Assembly: GCA_014381305.1 (NCBI GenBank)
Contig: JACNLW010000043.1
Span: 2,123-66,122 of the forward strand
Direction: 5' to 3'
Source: Planctomycetota bacterium
Lineage (GTDB): Bacteria > Planctomycetota > Phycisphaerae > Phycisphaerales > SM1A02
Length of the DNA: 64,000 bases
Shown here: in pieces, positions 1-9,576 of the stretch
Layout of the letters: each line of letters begins with the position of its first letter
How positions within the stretch are numbered: position 1 is the stretch's first letter
The notes under the pieces: generated by a model
Database searches by the model: none
Told to the model about the DNA's origin: nothing
Seen by the model: only the letters and a program-made list of their open reading frames with translations
Made by a program: the position numbers and the translations under genes

Positions 1-233
1 TAGTAGCAAATCTGAAGCGTTGGAAGAAGTCCACCGCCCGGTGTGTTGAGGTCGATGACGATGGCATCAGCATCGGCGGCTTCTTCAAGCCGGCGTTTGA
101 ATGAAGTTGCTGTAATGTTGTCAACTTCTCCTTCGATTGTGATCACAGCAACATGTTGCGCCTGACGATACGCAGGTACTGGCGTAGGGGGTGCTGATGT
201 GATTACAGAAAGTAATGTTGCTATAAAGAGCAT
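1..233 (-). CDS. partial CDS (N-terminus only, runs off window start): NfeD/SppA-like membrane serine protease
   Basis: Own translation of the minus strand from ATG 233-231 gives MLFIATLLSVITSAPPTPVPAYRQAQHVAVITIEGEVDNITATSFKRRLEEAADADAIVIDLNTPGGG..., open to base 1. It has a signal-like N-terminus followed by a V-I-x-I-x-G ... NTPGG pattern typical of ClpP-class/NfeD proteases. It is absent from the ORF track because it is truncated by the window edge. Confidence 0.45.
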   Translation of the reverse strand, partial: MLFIATLLSVITSAPPTPVPAYRQAQHVAVITIEGEVDNITATSFKRRLEEAADADAIVIDLNTPGGGLLPTLQICY

Positions 234-386
234 GTGTGTATTGTACGGTAGGGCACGTATCAGCCCTGCATGGGAGGGGTGATGCAGATCGACGAAGTAA
301 CAGGAGGCAAGCGCCGCTCGAAAACCGCTCAATTGCAAGAAACAGAGCAGGCGGTGTTGAACCCGCTCTAGTAAGTGAAACACCGC

Positions 387-424
387 AAAAGAAAAACCGG
401 CCGCAGTTTGAACTGCGGCCGGTT
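387..424 (-). terminator. rho-independent terminator after the 452..1375 gene
   Basis: A perfect 10-bp GC-rich inverted repeat, CCGGCCGCAG (397-406) / CTGCGGCCGG (413-422), has a 6-nt loop. On the minus strand it is followed by a T-rich run (complement of AAAAGAAAAA, 387-396). Confidence 0.65.
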
Positions 425-451
425 ACGTAACAAATTAAATTGATATAAAAA

Positions 452-1375
452 TCAATCGTGGCGCATATTTGTAAGACCACCATATTTGCCGTTATTCGCA
501 TCTACTTCGCCAATAGCAGTGTGCGTCAAAATAACGTCCGAACCTGTACCATCGCCGGTACCAAAGGCAGGATCAACTGCTTCTGTTTCTTCGGAGAAGA
601 GGTTGTCAGGAGTTGTAACACCGTTATCAGTGTACGACACGTTTTCTGGATAGAAGGTGTCAGTCACTTCGGTGTGGTTATCACCATAGCCGATGATCCC
701 TTTCCACTCATTCTTAATCCCATGGAAACCAAGTGAGAGCGATGGAGCAGTCAAGTCGACGAGTCCGTCAACAGGACCGCGTGTACCAAGAATTGCGTAT
801 CCACTGTCGTTCTGGAGACTGATGCCCCAGTGTTGAAAACGGCGTTCGCCAGTGAGTGGCATGATCGCGTAACTGTTATTGCATGTTTCGGTACTAGTAG
901 GATCATCTGATAGTGCATTGTCAAACGTGTTATCCCAAAACGTCCAACCACTAGGTGTTGGATCGTAGACGCTATGATCGTAATCGTCGTCTACATAGAC
1001 TGCACCGTTTGGTTCTGTTGGCGCGAAGAGGATGTCAACAGTGAACAAATTTTGCATGAGGCACAATGAAAGCATTGATCCGTGATCATTGAGTGAGATG
1101 TCTTCCGGACCACGTCCTTTGACATAACTACCACCCTCGATGTTAGGATCTTCCAAACGTTGTTCAAGACCGGGGATTGGGAATGCGCCATCATGGTCGC
1201 TTGTCCAAGTTGTCCAGCCATCAGCAATCGCTTTGACTTGACTCGAATCCTTAAGAATCATGGCTTGAGCGCGGGCTCGGCCAAGAGCAGGAACTAAAAT
1301 ACTCAATAAGAGTGCGATGATTGACATCACCACGAGCAACTCAATGAGCGTAAAACCTTTTTTATGTTGTTTCAT
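452..1375 (-). CDS. prepilin-type N-terminal cleavage/methylation domain protein (pseudopilin-like paralog)
   Basis: This is ORF 452..1390. The internal ATG at 1375 gives MKQHKKGFTLIELLVVMSIIALLLSIL, the canonical G|FTLIELLVV methylation motif plus a hydrophobic helix. Confidence 0.85.
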   Translation of the reverse strand: MKQHKKGFTLIELLVVMSIIALLLSILVPALGRARAQAMILKDSSQVKAIADGWTTWTSDHDGAFPIPGLEQRLEDPNIEGGSYVKGRGPEDISLNDHGSMLSLCLMQNLFTVDILFAPTEPNGAVYVDDDYDHSVYDPTPSGWTFWDNTFDNALSDDPTSTETCNNSYAIMPLTGERRFQHWGISLQNDSGYAILGTRGPVDGLVDLTAPSLSLGFHGIKNEWKGIIGYGDNHTEVTDTFYPENVSYTDNGVTTPDNLFSEETEAVDPAFGTGDGTGSDVILTHTAIGEVDANNGKYGGLTNMRHD

Positions 1376-1426
1376 AAATGAAATCTCCAATTGTTATACA
1401 TGAACGTATAGGTCATGTCATTGTTG

Positions 1427-2440
1427 TTACGGGCGAAGTTCGTCATTACAAATGAGAATGTCGTCGATGCCTCCAAGGCTTGGATCACTTGCCCAGTAGT
1501 TCATCGCCATCCAAATGTCCTTTGAGGGAGCGCCTGGGTTTACAGCTTGACCATCATAATCTGCGAATTCGCAATTAAAGATATTGTCTTTAATCGTAGC
1601 AAACGAATCTTGTGGTGAGTACACGATGCCAACTGGCCATTGTGACTTTGCGTAATGCGCCGAAGCGTCACCAGATACGTACACGCCTTCCCACTGCTTT
1701 GGTGAACCATAGAGTTCAAGTGTTGGGGATTTTGCAAAATCATCACCTTCGTATGCGCCAAGTTTTGGTCCGCGGCTAGAAAGAATGATTGTGTGGTGAT
1801 CTGTACCGGCTTTCCAGAGCATATCTCGCCGTTTCCCTACCATAGCAAGATGTGCGTAGGAAGTGTGGCAAACATCATCAAGACTGGCATCGTCGCGACC
1901 CATGCCTTCAATGTCGCCTGAGAACAGAGGGTCCCAATATTGGTCGACGGAAGGGGATGTGTCGTACGCTTCATAGTCGTAGGGAACTTCTGCGGCATTC
2001 TTTGAAGAATCGCCTTTCATAACAACGATTGGATTGACTTCAACTGGGCTTATGAGAATATCAGGATTAAAGTAATTCTGTGCAATCAATGCGGAGTACA
2101 AGTTACCAGTCGCATTGTTTGACCAGTCAGGAAGTCCAAAGCCAGCCGCTTCAATTGTACCAGTTGGTCCGTTGTAACTGTCAGGTGTTGCAAAGTTTGA
2201 CAAGTTCGCAGCCTTGCGGTCGATGTGACTTGGGAGCGGGAATGCGTTGTTTGGTTCGCCATCGGCATAGATGAGGAATGTTTTGACAACACCATTGAGT
2301 TGTGCTTGGTCTTTACGTTTCTTCGCAGCGGCCATTGCACCGGAGAGTGCTGGTAAGAGCAAGCCCATTAAAAGTGCGATGATTGCGATTACGACCAAAA
2401 GTTCGATGAGGGTAAAACCTCGAATTTTGCGTTTCATCAT
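1427..2440 (-). CDS. prepilin-type N-terminal cleavage/methylation domain protein (pseudopilin-like paralog)
   Basis: The N-terminus MMKRKIRGFTLIELLVVIAIIALLMGLLLPAL carries the same motif. It lies in tandem with the preceding paralog. Confidence 0.85.
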   Translation of the reverse strand: MMKRKIRGFTLIELLVVIAIIALLMGLLLPALSGAMAAAKKRKDQAQLNGVVKTFLIYADGEPNNAFPLPSHIDRKAANLSNFATPDSYNGPTGTIEAAGFGLPDWSNNATGNLYSALIAQNYFNPDILISPVEVNPIVVMKGDSSKNAAEVPYDYEAYDTSPSVDQYWDPLFSGDIEGMGRDDASLDDVCHTSYAHLAMVGKRRDMLWKAGTDHHTIILSSRGPKLGAYEGDDFAKSPTLELYGSPKQWEGVYVSGDASAHYAKSQWPVGIVYSPQDSFATIKDNIFNCEFADYDGQAVNPGAPSKDIWMAMNYWASDPSLGGIDDILICNDELRP

Positions 2441-2910
2441 TTGTGTATCTCCTAAATAAATAAAACATATAGAACGGGTGGTTGATTGGTAGAAAAGAAA
2501 CAGCGTGGTTTGTTGTCACGTTCATCCCTGACTCGATAAACGCACATCACACATATTTTTCCGGTCAATCAACCGGACGAAAACTTACGGCTCGCGTGTA
2601 AAAAATTACAACGGTGAACCGGGCGGTCTTCGCACGAATTACATTGTGAAAAGTACCGCCGCACTTGCTAACAAACACCACCAAGGTGAACGCAGCGTCG
2701 AAATGTCGACCAGTGCGGCGGAATCAAATATGCCCAGATAGGGCGAATAAGAGCGGTCAACTGAATCGCAGAAAAATCGAATAGTTACCGCAGCCGGTCT
2801 TTCCCCCTATATATGTACATGATTGTGGGCAGAGAGGTTCCCGTCAAGTGCAAAAAAGACAATAGAGACAATAAAAATGTCGAAAAATCGAGCAAGGTCC
2901 GATAAAACCT

Positions 2911-3381
2911 TCAACTGTCATGAACCTCAAAGGCGGCTTCGACTTCAACAGTTGCACCAAGGGGGAGCCCAATAGAACCGAGCGCCACGCGGACATGCCT
3001 ACCCGCTTCGCCGAAGATTGCAACCATCATGTCACTTACGCCGTTTGCGACAAGCGATTGATCTGTAAAACCAAGATCGCTTGCGACATACACACGAAGT
3101 TGTACAACGCGGGAGATTCGTTCGAGGTTGCCATCAAGCGCTGCGCTTGCAACGGCAAGTGCATTCAGGCCACAAATTTCTGCCGCTCTGATTGCAGCTT
3201 CGATTGGTTGCACGCTTGGCACAGATCCTTTGTATTTCAATTCCCCGTCTACCATTGGGATCTGCCCGCTCGTCAAGAGAACATTTCCACAAAAGATAGT
3301 AGGAATGTAAGTTGCGACTGGATTTGGTGGCGTTGGAAGTGAAAATCCAAGTTGGTGAATTCGATCGAGTACTGTTGTCAT
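2911..3381 (-). CDS. RidA/YjgF-like family protein
   Basis: The 156-aa ORF has a size and pattern (LPTPP..YIP....G..L.TSGQIP ... EVEAAF) typical of the YjgF/RidA fold. Confidence 0.7.
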   Translation of the reverse strand: MTTVLDRIHQLGFSLPTPPNPVATYIPTIFCGNVLLTSGQIPMVDGELKYKGSVPSVQPIEAAIRAAEICGLNALAVASAALDGNLERISRVVQLRVYVASDLGFTDQSLVANGVSDMMVAIFGEAGRHVRVALGSIGLPLGATVEVEAAFEVHDS

Positions 3382-3424
3382 TCTCGCATGATATCACTCT
3401 GCAAGTGAGGGTATGATTCCCCAC

Positions 3425-4060
3425 ATGGAACTTTATATAGACACTGCAAACATTCAAGAAATCCGTGATGCCGCTGACCTTGGCGTGCTTGACGGGGTAA
3501 CCACAAATCCAAGCTTGATCGCACGAGAAGGAGTGGATTTTCACTCTCGAATGGCGGAGATATGCGAGGTCGTCTCTGGTCCCGTGAGCGCAGAGGTTGT
3601 CTCAATTGAACATGATGGCATGATCGCTGAAGCGGACGAATTACTCAAAATTGCCTCGAATATTGTGATTAAACTTCCCTGCACCGTCGATGGTCTCAAG
3701 GCATGCAAAACCCTTTCCGACCGCGGAGTGAAAGTGAATATGACGCTTTGCTTTCAACCATTGCAAGCAATGATGGTAGCAAAAGCGGGCGCGTTTTTAG
3801 TCAGTCCATTTCTTGGCCGAATAGATGACATTGGTGGCGATGGGATGGAGTTGATCCAGCAAATCCGTACGATTTATGACAATTATGGATACACAACAAA
3901 AATTCTTTCCGCCTCAATTCGCCATCCGTTGCACCTTGTGCAGTGTGCATTGGTTGGTTCAGATGTTGCAACGGTGCCGTACAAAGTGATCTCTCAAATG
4001 ATGAAACACCCTTTGACTGATAGCGGACTTGCAGCCTTCCTCGCTGATTGGAACAAGTAA
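3425..4060 (+). CDS. tal: transaldolase type 3B / fructose-6-phosphate aldolase
   Basis: MELYIDTANIQEIRDAADLGVLDGVTTNPSLIA is the characteristic N-terminus of the short (about 215-aa) transaldolase/FSA family. The ORF also allows an ATG at 3413. Confidence 0.92.
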   Translation: MELYIDTANIQEIRDAADLGVLDGVTTNPSLIAREGVDFHSRMAEICEVVSGPVSAEVVSIEHDGMIAEADELLKIASNIVIKLPCTVDGLKACKTLSDRGVKVNMTLCFQPLQAMMVAKAGAFLVSPFLGRIDDIGGDGMELIQQIRTIYDNYGYTTKILSASIRHPLHLVQCALVGSDVATVPYKVISQMMKHPLTDSGLAAFLADWNK

Positions 4061-4120
4061 GTCTGCGGTGTTTCTCTCGTTATAGCGGCATTCGAATTTC
4101 ACTTGCTGCCTGTCACTGCG

Positions 4121-4390
4121 TCGCGGTCTAAAAAACTCACCGGGGGTGAGTTTAATGGAAATGAACCCTGAAAATCAATAAACTCACCGGGGGTGAGTTT
4201 TTCTTGAAGGTGGCAGGAAACTGACCCCTTGGTGAAATAATCGCTGATATCGCAAAGTATGATGATCTAAATCACACTAGTGCGATTAATTCACCCGCGG
4301 TCTAATAAACTCACCGGGGGTGAGTTTAAGGAAAATGACCGCTGAAATCAATAAACTCACCGGGGGTGAGTTTTTTCGGGGGTGAGTTTA
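4121..4390. repeat. composite cluster of the dispersed palindromic repeat family (modules M1, M2, M3)
   Basis: Perfect copies of AAACTCACCGGGGGTGAGTTT lie at 4133-4153, 4180-4200, 4307-4327 and 4353-4373. A right-arm-only copy, CGGGGGTGAGTTTA, lies at 4377-4390. About 80-bp direct repeats lie at 4122-4203 and 4296-4376. M3 (CTGACCCCTTGGTGAAATAATCG) is at 4221-4243 and M1 (GCGATTAATTCACCCGCGGTCTAA) at 4283-4305. Confidence 0.95.
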
Positions 4391-5416
4391 TTCCCAGCGG
4401 ATTACAACCTTGCCGAACTGTTCGCCAGATTCGAGGCGGGCAAACGCGCACTGCGCCTCACTCGCATCGTGAACAGAATCGATGATTGGTTTCATGCCGT
4501 TCTTAAGGAGAGCGACGACTGATCGAAACTCATTCATATCGCCCATTGTGGAACCGACAATATTGAGTTGATTCCAGAAGATCCGTGCCAAATCAGTTGT
4601 AGGTGATGGGCCAGCAGTGCAGCCGCAGGTAACAAGCGTGCCACCACGAGCAAGTGATTTGATGATTGGAAAATGTAAGGCTCCACCAACTGAATCAACA
4701 CAAACGTCAACGCCACGCTTGCCACTCAACCCGCGAACTTCTCGTGACCAATCTTCGCCGGTATCCAATACCGTTTCGTTTGCACCAAGTTCACTTGCTT
4801 TGTCCAACTTCCACTGGTGTCTCGATGTGACAATTGTATGGCAACCAAAATGTTTACAAATGTTAAACGCCGCAAGTGCAGCGCCACCACCAATACCTGT
4901 GATGAGCACTGTTTGTCCTGCATGGAGTTTTGCACGAGTGATGAGCATTCGCCATGCGGTAAGGTGAGCAAGGCCAAACGCCGCTGCTTCAACTGGATCA
5001 ATTTCCCCAACATCTAAAACATTCTGTACTGGAGCAGAAAAATATTCAGCGTTGGTCCCATTGTCGTGTTCTCCGATCATGCGAATGTCTTCTGGAGTGG
5101 GAGGCACATTTGGAAGAATAGGTTCTGATTGCCTGATCGCCGCATTGAGCAACACGCGTTTACCTAACCATGATTCATCGACATGTTCTCCAACAGCAGT
5201 CACAATACCGCACCCATCAGAACCACTTACGCGAGGATATGTAAGACCAAGACCGGGCATGCCAATACCAACCCACAAATCTAAATGGTTGAGAGCGGAC
5301 GCTTCGGTTTTTACAACAACCTCACCAGCACTGGGTGTGATGTTATCCCAATCATTAACAATCAAAACGTTACCGGCAACAGGAGTTCCTTCGGAAGTTA
5401 TGGTCGCCGCTTTCAT
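4388..5416 (-). CDS. zinc-type alcohol dehydrogenase / quinone oxidoreductase (MDR superfamily)
   Basis: Starting at the internal ATG 5416 gives [10 protein letters not shown].... The protein has a GroES-like N-domain ([14 protein letters not shown]) and a Rossmann motif ([13 protein letters not shown]). ATGA overlaps the upstream gene's stop (5413-5416). Confidence 0.85.
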   Translation of the reverse strand: MKAATITSEGTPVAGNVLIVNDWDNITPSAGEVVVKTEASALNHLDLWVGIGMPGLGLTYPRVSGSDGCGIVTAVGEHVDESWLGKRVLLNAAIRQSEPILPNVPPTPEDIRMIGEHDNGTNAEYFSAPVQNVLDVGEIDPVEAAAFGLAHLTAWRMLITRAKLHAGQTVLITGIGGGAALAAFNICKHFGCHTIVTSRHQWKLDKASELGANETVLDTGEDWSREVRGLSGKRGVDVCVDSVGGALHFPIIKSLARGGTLVTCGCTAGPSPTTDLARIFWNQLNIVGSTMGDMNEFRSVVALLKNGMKPIIDSVHDASEAQCAFARLESGEQFGKVVIRWE

Positions 5417-6249
5417 GCTGTTTGTTCTCTTTCTTTTCTTATCTGTTGAAGTAAGTCTCTGGTTCGGATGATGCCCTCGAATTCGCCAACGTTTGTGCCT
5501 TCGTATTCGACACCGATCCATCCGCGATACCCAGAATCTAAAACGATCCCGAGCATTTTGCGATACGCAGTATGTATCTCATTTCCATCTTTGTCAAAGT
5601 CATGTGACTTTGCACTCACGGCCTTTGCAAAAGGCATGAGTTCGGAGACACCCTTGTACCTGTCATATTCTTCTCTTGTTCCCCAATCAAGAATAAAATT
5701 ACCAAAATCAGGAAGCGTTCCGCAGCGGGGGTGGTCGACCTCACGCATCACCGAGGAGAGCCATGCACCATTTGAACTGAGCCCTCCGTGATTCTCAACG
5801 ATAACATTCATGTTTTTGGAATCGCCATGTTCAGTTAATCTGCGTAGACCATCTGCCGCAAGTTTTCGTTGCTCTTCTGGTGTGCCTTCAGACTGCGCGT
5901 TGACACGAATTGAATGACAGCCAAGCTCAGCGGCGGCATCAATCCATTTGTAATGGTTTTTGATTGCTTGCGTTCTTTTTGCATCATCTGGGTCACCCAA
6001 ATTTCCCTCGCCATCACACATGATGAGCAAACTTGTAACACCGAGATCATCACACCTTGTTTTTAGTTCACTTACAAACTTCGCTTCTGGTTTTCGATCT
6101 GGGAAAAACGTGTTTACGTACTCAACAGCGTCGATACCAAACTGCTCTTTGGTGATGCGTGGAAAATCAATCGATTGAATATATCCTGCAAAAAGTGATT
6201 GGTGTAATGACCACTGTGCAAGCGAAATACTAAAAAGAGGCTCAGTCAT
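5413..6249 (-). CDS. sugar phosphate isomerase/epimerase (xylose-isomerase-like TIM barrel) family protein
   Basis: [16 protein letters not shown]..., HSIRVN and [10 protein letters not shown] motifs are typical of the AP-endonuclease-2/xylose-isomerase-like TIM barrel family. The start is either 6249 or 6270. Confidence 0.75.
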   Translation of the reverse strand: MTEPLFSISLAQWSLHQSLFAGYIQSIDFPRITKEQFGIDAVEYVNTFFPDRKPEAKFVSELKTRCDDLGVTSLLIMCDGEGNLGDPDDAKRTQAIKNHYKWIDAAAELGCHSIRVNAQSEGTPEEQRKLAADGLRRLTEHGDSKNMNVIVENHGGLSSNGAWLSSVMREVDHPRCGTLPDFGNFILDWGTREEYDRYKGVSELMPFAKAVSAKSHDFDKDGNEIHTAYRKMLGIVLDSGYRGWIGVEYEGTNVGEFEGIIRTRDLLQQIRKEREQTA

Positions 6250-6583
6250 TGTTTTTGTCCTGTGATTCATTGTTGTCTAAAAAGCAGTGAAAACCTACAC
6301 ACGGCACACGTTCTGGTTCTGTACTGATGTGGATTTCTTCAATAAGACTTTGCACTTGTTGCAAGTGCTCTGAAGTAAGGGGAATAGAAATTACTTGTTG
6401 CCCCGCGGACGACCCAGTTATAGTGGTGAGCACTGCAACAGTTTTTTTATCCTCAAGCGCTGTCATGACATGCTCGCCAATTTGTTTACCGATAGGTTGC
6501 AGGGGAGTAACGAATGTGGGGATACCTTCGGGTTCAGGAGTTTCTTTTTTTTCTATTTCGTTCTTTGATTCTTCTTGTGTCAT
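6242..6583 (-). CDS. hypothetical protein (113 aa, acidic N-terminus)
   Basis: This ORF is wedged between alaS and the TIM-barrel gene, overlapping both (ATGA with the alaS stop at 6580-6583). I recognise no family. Confidence 0.55.
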   Translation of the reverse strand: MTQEESKNEIEKKETPEPEGIPTFVTPLQPIGKQIGEHVMTALEDKKTVAVLTTITGSSAGQQVISIPLTSEHLQQVQSLIEEIHISTEPERVPCVGFHCFLDNNESQDKNND

Positions 6584-9399
6584 ACTGTTGCTTTCTCTGC
6601 AAATTGACGCGCAGCGACCATTGCATCAGGTATTTTTTCAGGATCTTTACCGCCAGCTTGCGCAGTATCAGGTCTTCCGCCACCGCCGCCGCCGCAAACT
6701 TGTGCAGCCTCTCGAACCCAATCTCCAGCTTTGAGACCCTTCGCAATGAGTTGTTTGTCAACTCCAGCAACGATTGTGACCTTGCCATCATCTTTATGTG
6801 CAGTAAACAACATGACTGCGCCGCCTTTGCGTTTCGATCGAACTGCGTCAAGCGCACTTAGCAATGTTTCTTTGTCACCACCGTCAATCGCAGCAACAAC
6901 AATAACCTCATCCCGCTCGGCAATGATTTTCGCTTGCTCTAAAACACCATCTTTTCGTGAAGAAGCGGCTTTTTTTCGTGCACTCTTTGCTTTTTCATGT
7001 AAAAGAGTGAGTGCATGTTTTGCAGCATGTCGATTTGGTTGTGAAAGTGTGAGTTCATCCACAAGTTGTGAAAGTGCATTAAATTCTTGCAAAAGTGCAT
7101 CTCCACTTAACTTTGATGCTTTTGAAATTCTTTCAAGCAGTGCACCACCAGCTTCGTAAGCAGCTTCCGCAGCAACTCCAGTTAGTGCCAGAATTCTCCG
7201 TACACCCGAAGCAAGCGATTGTTCGTGAATAATGACAAACTGTCCCGCGGCTGCGCATGATGGCAAGTGCGTACCGCCACAGAATTCAACGGAACAATTG
7301 TACCAATCCTTGTTTGTTGGATTTTTGAGAAGTTCGTTAACAGTTGCTCCAATGCTTACAACACGAACAGGATCAGGATACTGTTCTCCAAATACTGCGC
7401 GCACCCCGTAAATTTCAGTTGCCTTCTCAAGAGAAACTTCTTGTGCATTTACGATTGAATCTGCGTTGATTGATTTATTTACAAGTTGTTGTACAAATTC
7501 AATTTCTTCATCAGTCATTGCGTGGGTATGAGAAAAATCAAACCGCAATTTATCATGATCAACTAGCGAGCCTTTTTGTTGCACATCCTCACCCAATATT
7601 GTTCGCAACGCATGATTAAGCAAATGTGTTGAAGTATGATTCGCTTCGGTGGCGATTCTATTCCCGTTGTGCACTGTGGCTGTTACTTGATCATCACAGC
7701 GCAATTCGCCATTTACAACTCGGCCAATGTGGAGAACATAATCACCACACTTGTGCGTTTCAAGCACATTAAACTGGCTTCCGCCATTTCTTAACTCGCC
7801 TGTGTGGTGATCGGTAATCAAATGTCCCGTGTCACCCACCTGACCACCCGCATCAGCATAAAAAGGTGTGTGGTCAAGAATAATCCCGTGTACGCACAGA
7901 TCATTTGCAATATCAGTCAACTCTCTTCCATTCCAAATCGCTTTGATTTGCGCCCGCCCCGAACGCCTCAAATATTTATCTCCATCTTTTGTTGGATGAA
8001 CCTGCAGGGTTTGGAGTGAAGCGAGTACATCTGGGGGCAATTGCATTTTTTGATCTGTTGAAGAAGTTGCTCGGGAAGTTTCCCGTGCAACCTCCATGAG
8101 TTTTTCATATCCATCACGATCTACAACCAAGTTTCGTTCTTCCGCCATGACTTCTGTTAAGTCAATGGGAAAACCGAATGTGTCGTGCAATGTAAAAGCT
8201 GTTTTTGCATCAATTGTTTTACCATCGCCATTTATTACAGCTTTATCAAAAAGTTCTAAACCACGGTCAAGTGTTTTGAGAAAACTTTCTTCTTCATCTT
8301 TAATTACTTCAGCGATGTGCGCAGAATATTTTGCAATTTCTTGAAAAGTATCACCAAGAGTATCAACGATGGAAGGTACGAGTTTATACAACATCGGACC
8401 ATCAACGCCGAGCGTTTGGTGTGCATGTCTTGCGGCGCGACGGAGAATTCTGCGAAGCACAAATTCTCTTCCTGCTGCGCCGGGTCTTCCGCCATCTGCA
8501 AGCGCAACAGTGAGACAACGAATGTGATCTGCGATCACGCGATATGCAATGTCAATAGGGTCTTTGTCAGAACCTTGATACGCGTTTGCGCCAGTTATTT
8601 CTTGAATAGAATTGAATATTGGCGTCCACAGATCAGTGTCGTAATTACTGGTTTTGTTTTGCAACACTCGAACAATACGTTCGAGACCCATACCAGTGTC
8701 AACGTGCTGATTTGGAAGCGGTGTGAGTTTTCCATCGTCCCCTCGGTTAAATTGGATAAAGACAAGGTTCCACAATTCGATAACGTTTGGGTCATCCAAG
8801 TTTACAAGATGGCCGCCACTCTTGTCTGGTGTGCAATCGTAATGAATTTCGCTGCACGGTCCGCAAGGTCCAGTTTCACCCATCTCCCAAAAGTTATCTT
8901 TACGTCCCCAACGTGTGATGTGTGATGGGTCGATATCTGTTTTTTCTTTCCATAAATTCTCGGCTTCAATGTCCGCATCAAGCCCATCATTTTCATCTCC
9001 CTCAAAAACAGTAACATACAAACGAGATTTGTCGAGTCCCCAGACTTCAGTAAACAATTCCCATGCCCACTCGATCGCTTCTGCTTTGAAATAATCTCCA
9101 AACGACCAATTGCCAAGCATCTCAAAAAAGGTGTGATGGTATGTGTCGCGACCAACATCCTCTAAGTCATTGTGTTTGCCACCAGCGCGAATACATTTTT
9201 GCGTGTCAACCGCTCGGTTGTAGGGTCGGGTTCCCTGCGCAAGAAAAACATCTTTGAATTGATTCATTCCTGCGTTTGTAAAGAGCAGGGTGGGATCATC
9301 GTGTGGAATCACTGGGCTTGATGGCACGGATGTGTGATCACAGCGATTTGCAAAAAAATCAATGAATTGGCGTCGAATATCAGATCCACTTGGGGGCAT
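6580..9399 (-). CDS. alaS: alanine--tRNA ligase
   Basis: The 939-aa ORF has N-terminal IRRQFIDFF..RCDHTSVPSSPV..DPTLLFTNAGMNQFKD, the editing-domain HTSTHLL motif and the C-terminal GGGGGGRPDTAQAGG motif. Confidence 0.98.
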   Translation of the reverse strand: MPPSGSDIRRQFIDFFANRCDHTSVPSSPVIPHDDPTLLFTNAGMNQFKDVFLAQGTRPYNRAVDTQKCIRAGGKHNDLEDVGRDTYHHTFFEMLGNWSFGDYFKAEAIEWAWELFTEVWGLDKSRLYVTVFEGDENDGLDADIEAENLWKEKTDIDPSHITRWGRKDNFWEMGETGPCGPCSEIHYDCTPDKSGGHLVNLDDPNVIELWNLVFIQFNRGDDGKLTPLPNQHVDTGMGLERIVRVLQNKTSNYDTDLWTPIFNSIQEITGANAYQGSDKDPIDIAYRVIADHIRCLTVALADGGRPGAAGREFVLRRILRRAARHAHQTLGVDGPMLYKLVPSIVDTLGDTFQEIAKYSAHIAEVIKDEEESFLKTLDRGLELFDKAVINGDGKTIDAKTAFTLHDTFGFPIDLTEVMAEERNLVVDRDGYEKLMEVARETSRATSSTDQKMQLPPDVLASLQTLQVHPTKDGDKYLRRSGRAQIKAIWNGRELTDIANDLCVHGIILDHTPFYADAGGQVGDTGHLITDHHTGELRNGGSQFNVLETHKCGDYVLHIGRVVNGELRCDDQVTATVHNGNRIATEANHTSTHLLNHALRTILGEDVQQKGSLVDHDKLRFDFSHTHAMTDEEIEFVQQLVNKSINADSIVNAQEVSLEKATEIYGVRAVFGEQYPDPVRVVSIGATVNELLKNPTNKDWYNCSVEFCGGTHLPSCAAAGQFVIIHEQSLASGVRRILALTGVAAEAAYEAGGALLERISKASKLSGDALLQEFNALSQLVDELTLSQPNRHAAKHALTLLHEKAKSARKKAASSRKDGVLEQAKIIAERDEVIVVAAIDGGDKETLLSALDAVRSKRKGGAVMLFTAHKDDGKVTIVAGVDKQLIAKGLKAGDWVREAAQVCGGGGGGRPDTAQAGGKDPEKIPDAMVAARQFAEKATV

Positions 9400-9460
9400 A
9401 ACTTGGGGTATTCCTTCTTTTGTCCTTGAATACAGGATTGTACTCTTTGGCCGATTGACT

Positions 9461-9539
9461 CGGGGTCTGACCCCTTGACCTGACCCTTTGACCTGACCCC
9501 GGGGTCAGACCCCGGGGTCAGGTCAAAGGGTCAGGTCAA
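9461..9539. repeat. nested GC-rich palindrome in the alaS/tpiA divergent intergenic region
   Basis: The arms GACCTGACCCTTTGACCTGACCCC (9477-9500) and GGGGTCAGGTCAAAGGGTCAGGTC (9514-9537) are perfect reverse complements. The 13-nt centre GGGGTCAGACCCC is itself palindromic. A further GGGGTCTGACCCC lies at 9462-9474. Confidence 0.95.
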
Positions 9540-9576
9540 TGTGAACGTCACGATTCTGGTATCCTGTAGGGTTCAA

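Noticed and set aside
121-501. 126-aa minus-strand ORF and 64-aa plus-strand ORF in the first intergenic region
   Set aside because: They span the terminator hairpin and overlap both the NfeD-like 5' end and the pilin-like 3' end. They are Cys/Arg-rich with no motif, and the real partial CDS is in another frame (1..233).
2656-2721. 10-bp inverted repeat CCGCCGCACT / AGTGCGGCGG separated by 46 nt, with an inner GTCGA-AATG-TCGAC hairpin, in the 470-bp gap between ridA and the pilin-like genes
   Set aside because: This is a single occurrence with no flanking T-tract and no recognisable riboswitch core. It could be a leader structure or chance, and evidence is insufficient to call a feature.
4121-4390. 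Possible CRISPR array (21-bp palindromic repeats with short intervening sequences)
   Set aside because: Spacing is irregular (26, 106, 25 and 3 nt). The spacers are themselves duplicated and homologous to sequence at 59175-59290. The repeat occurs singly at several other loci. No cas genes or leader are present.
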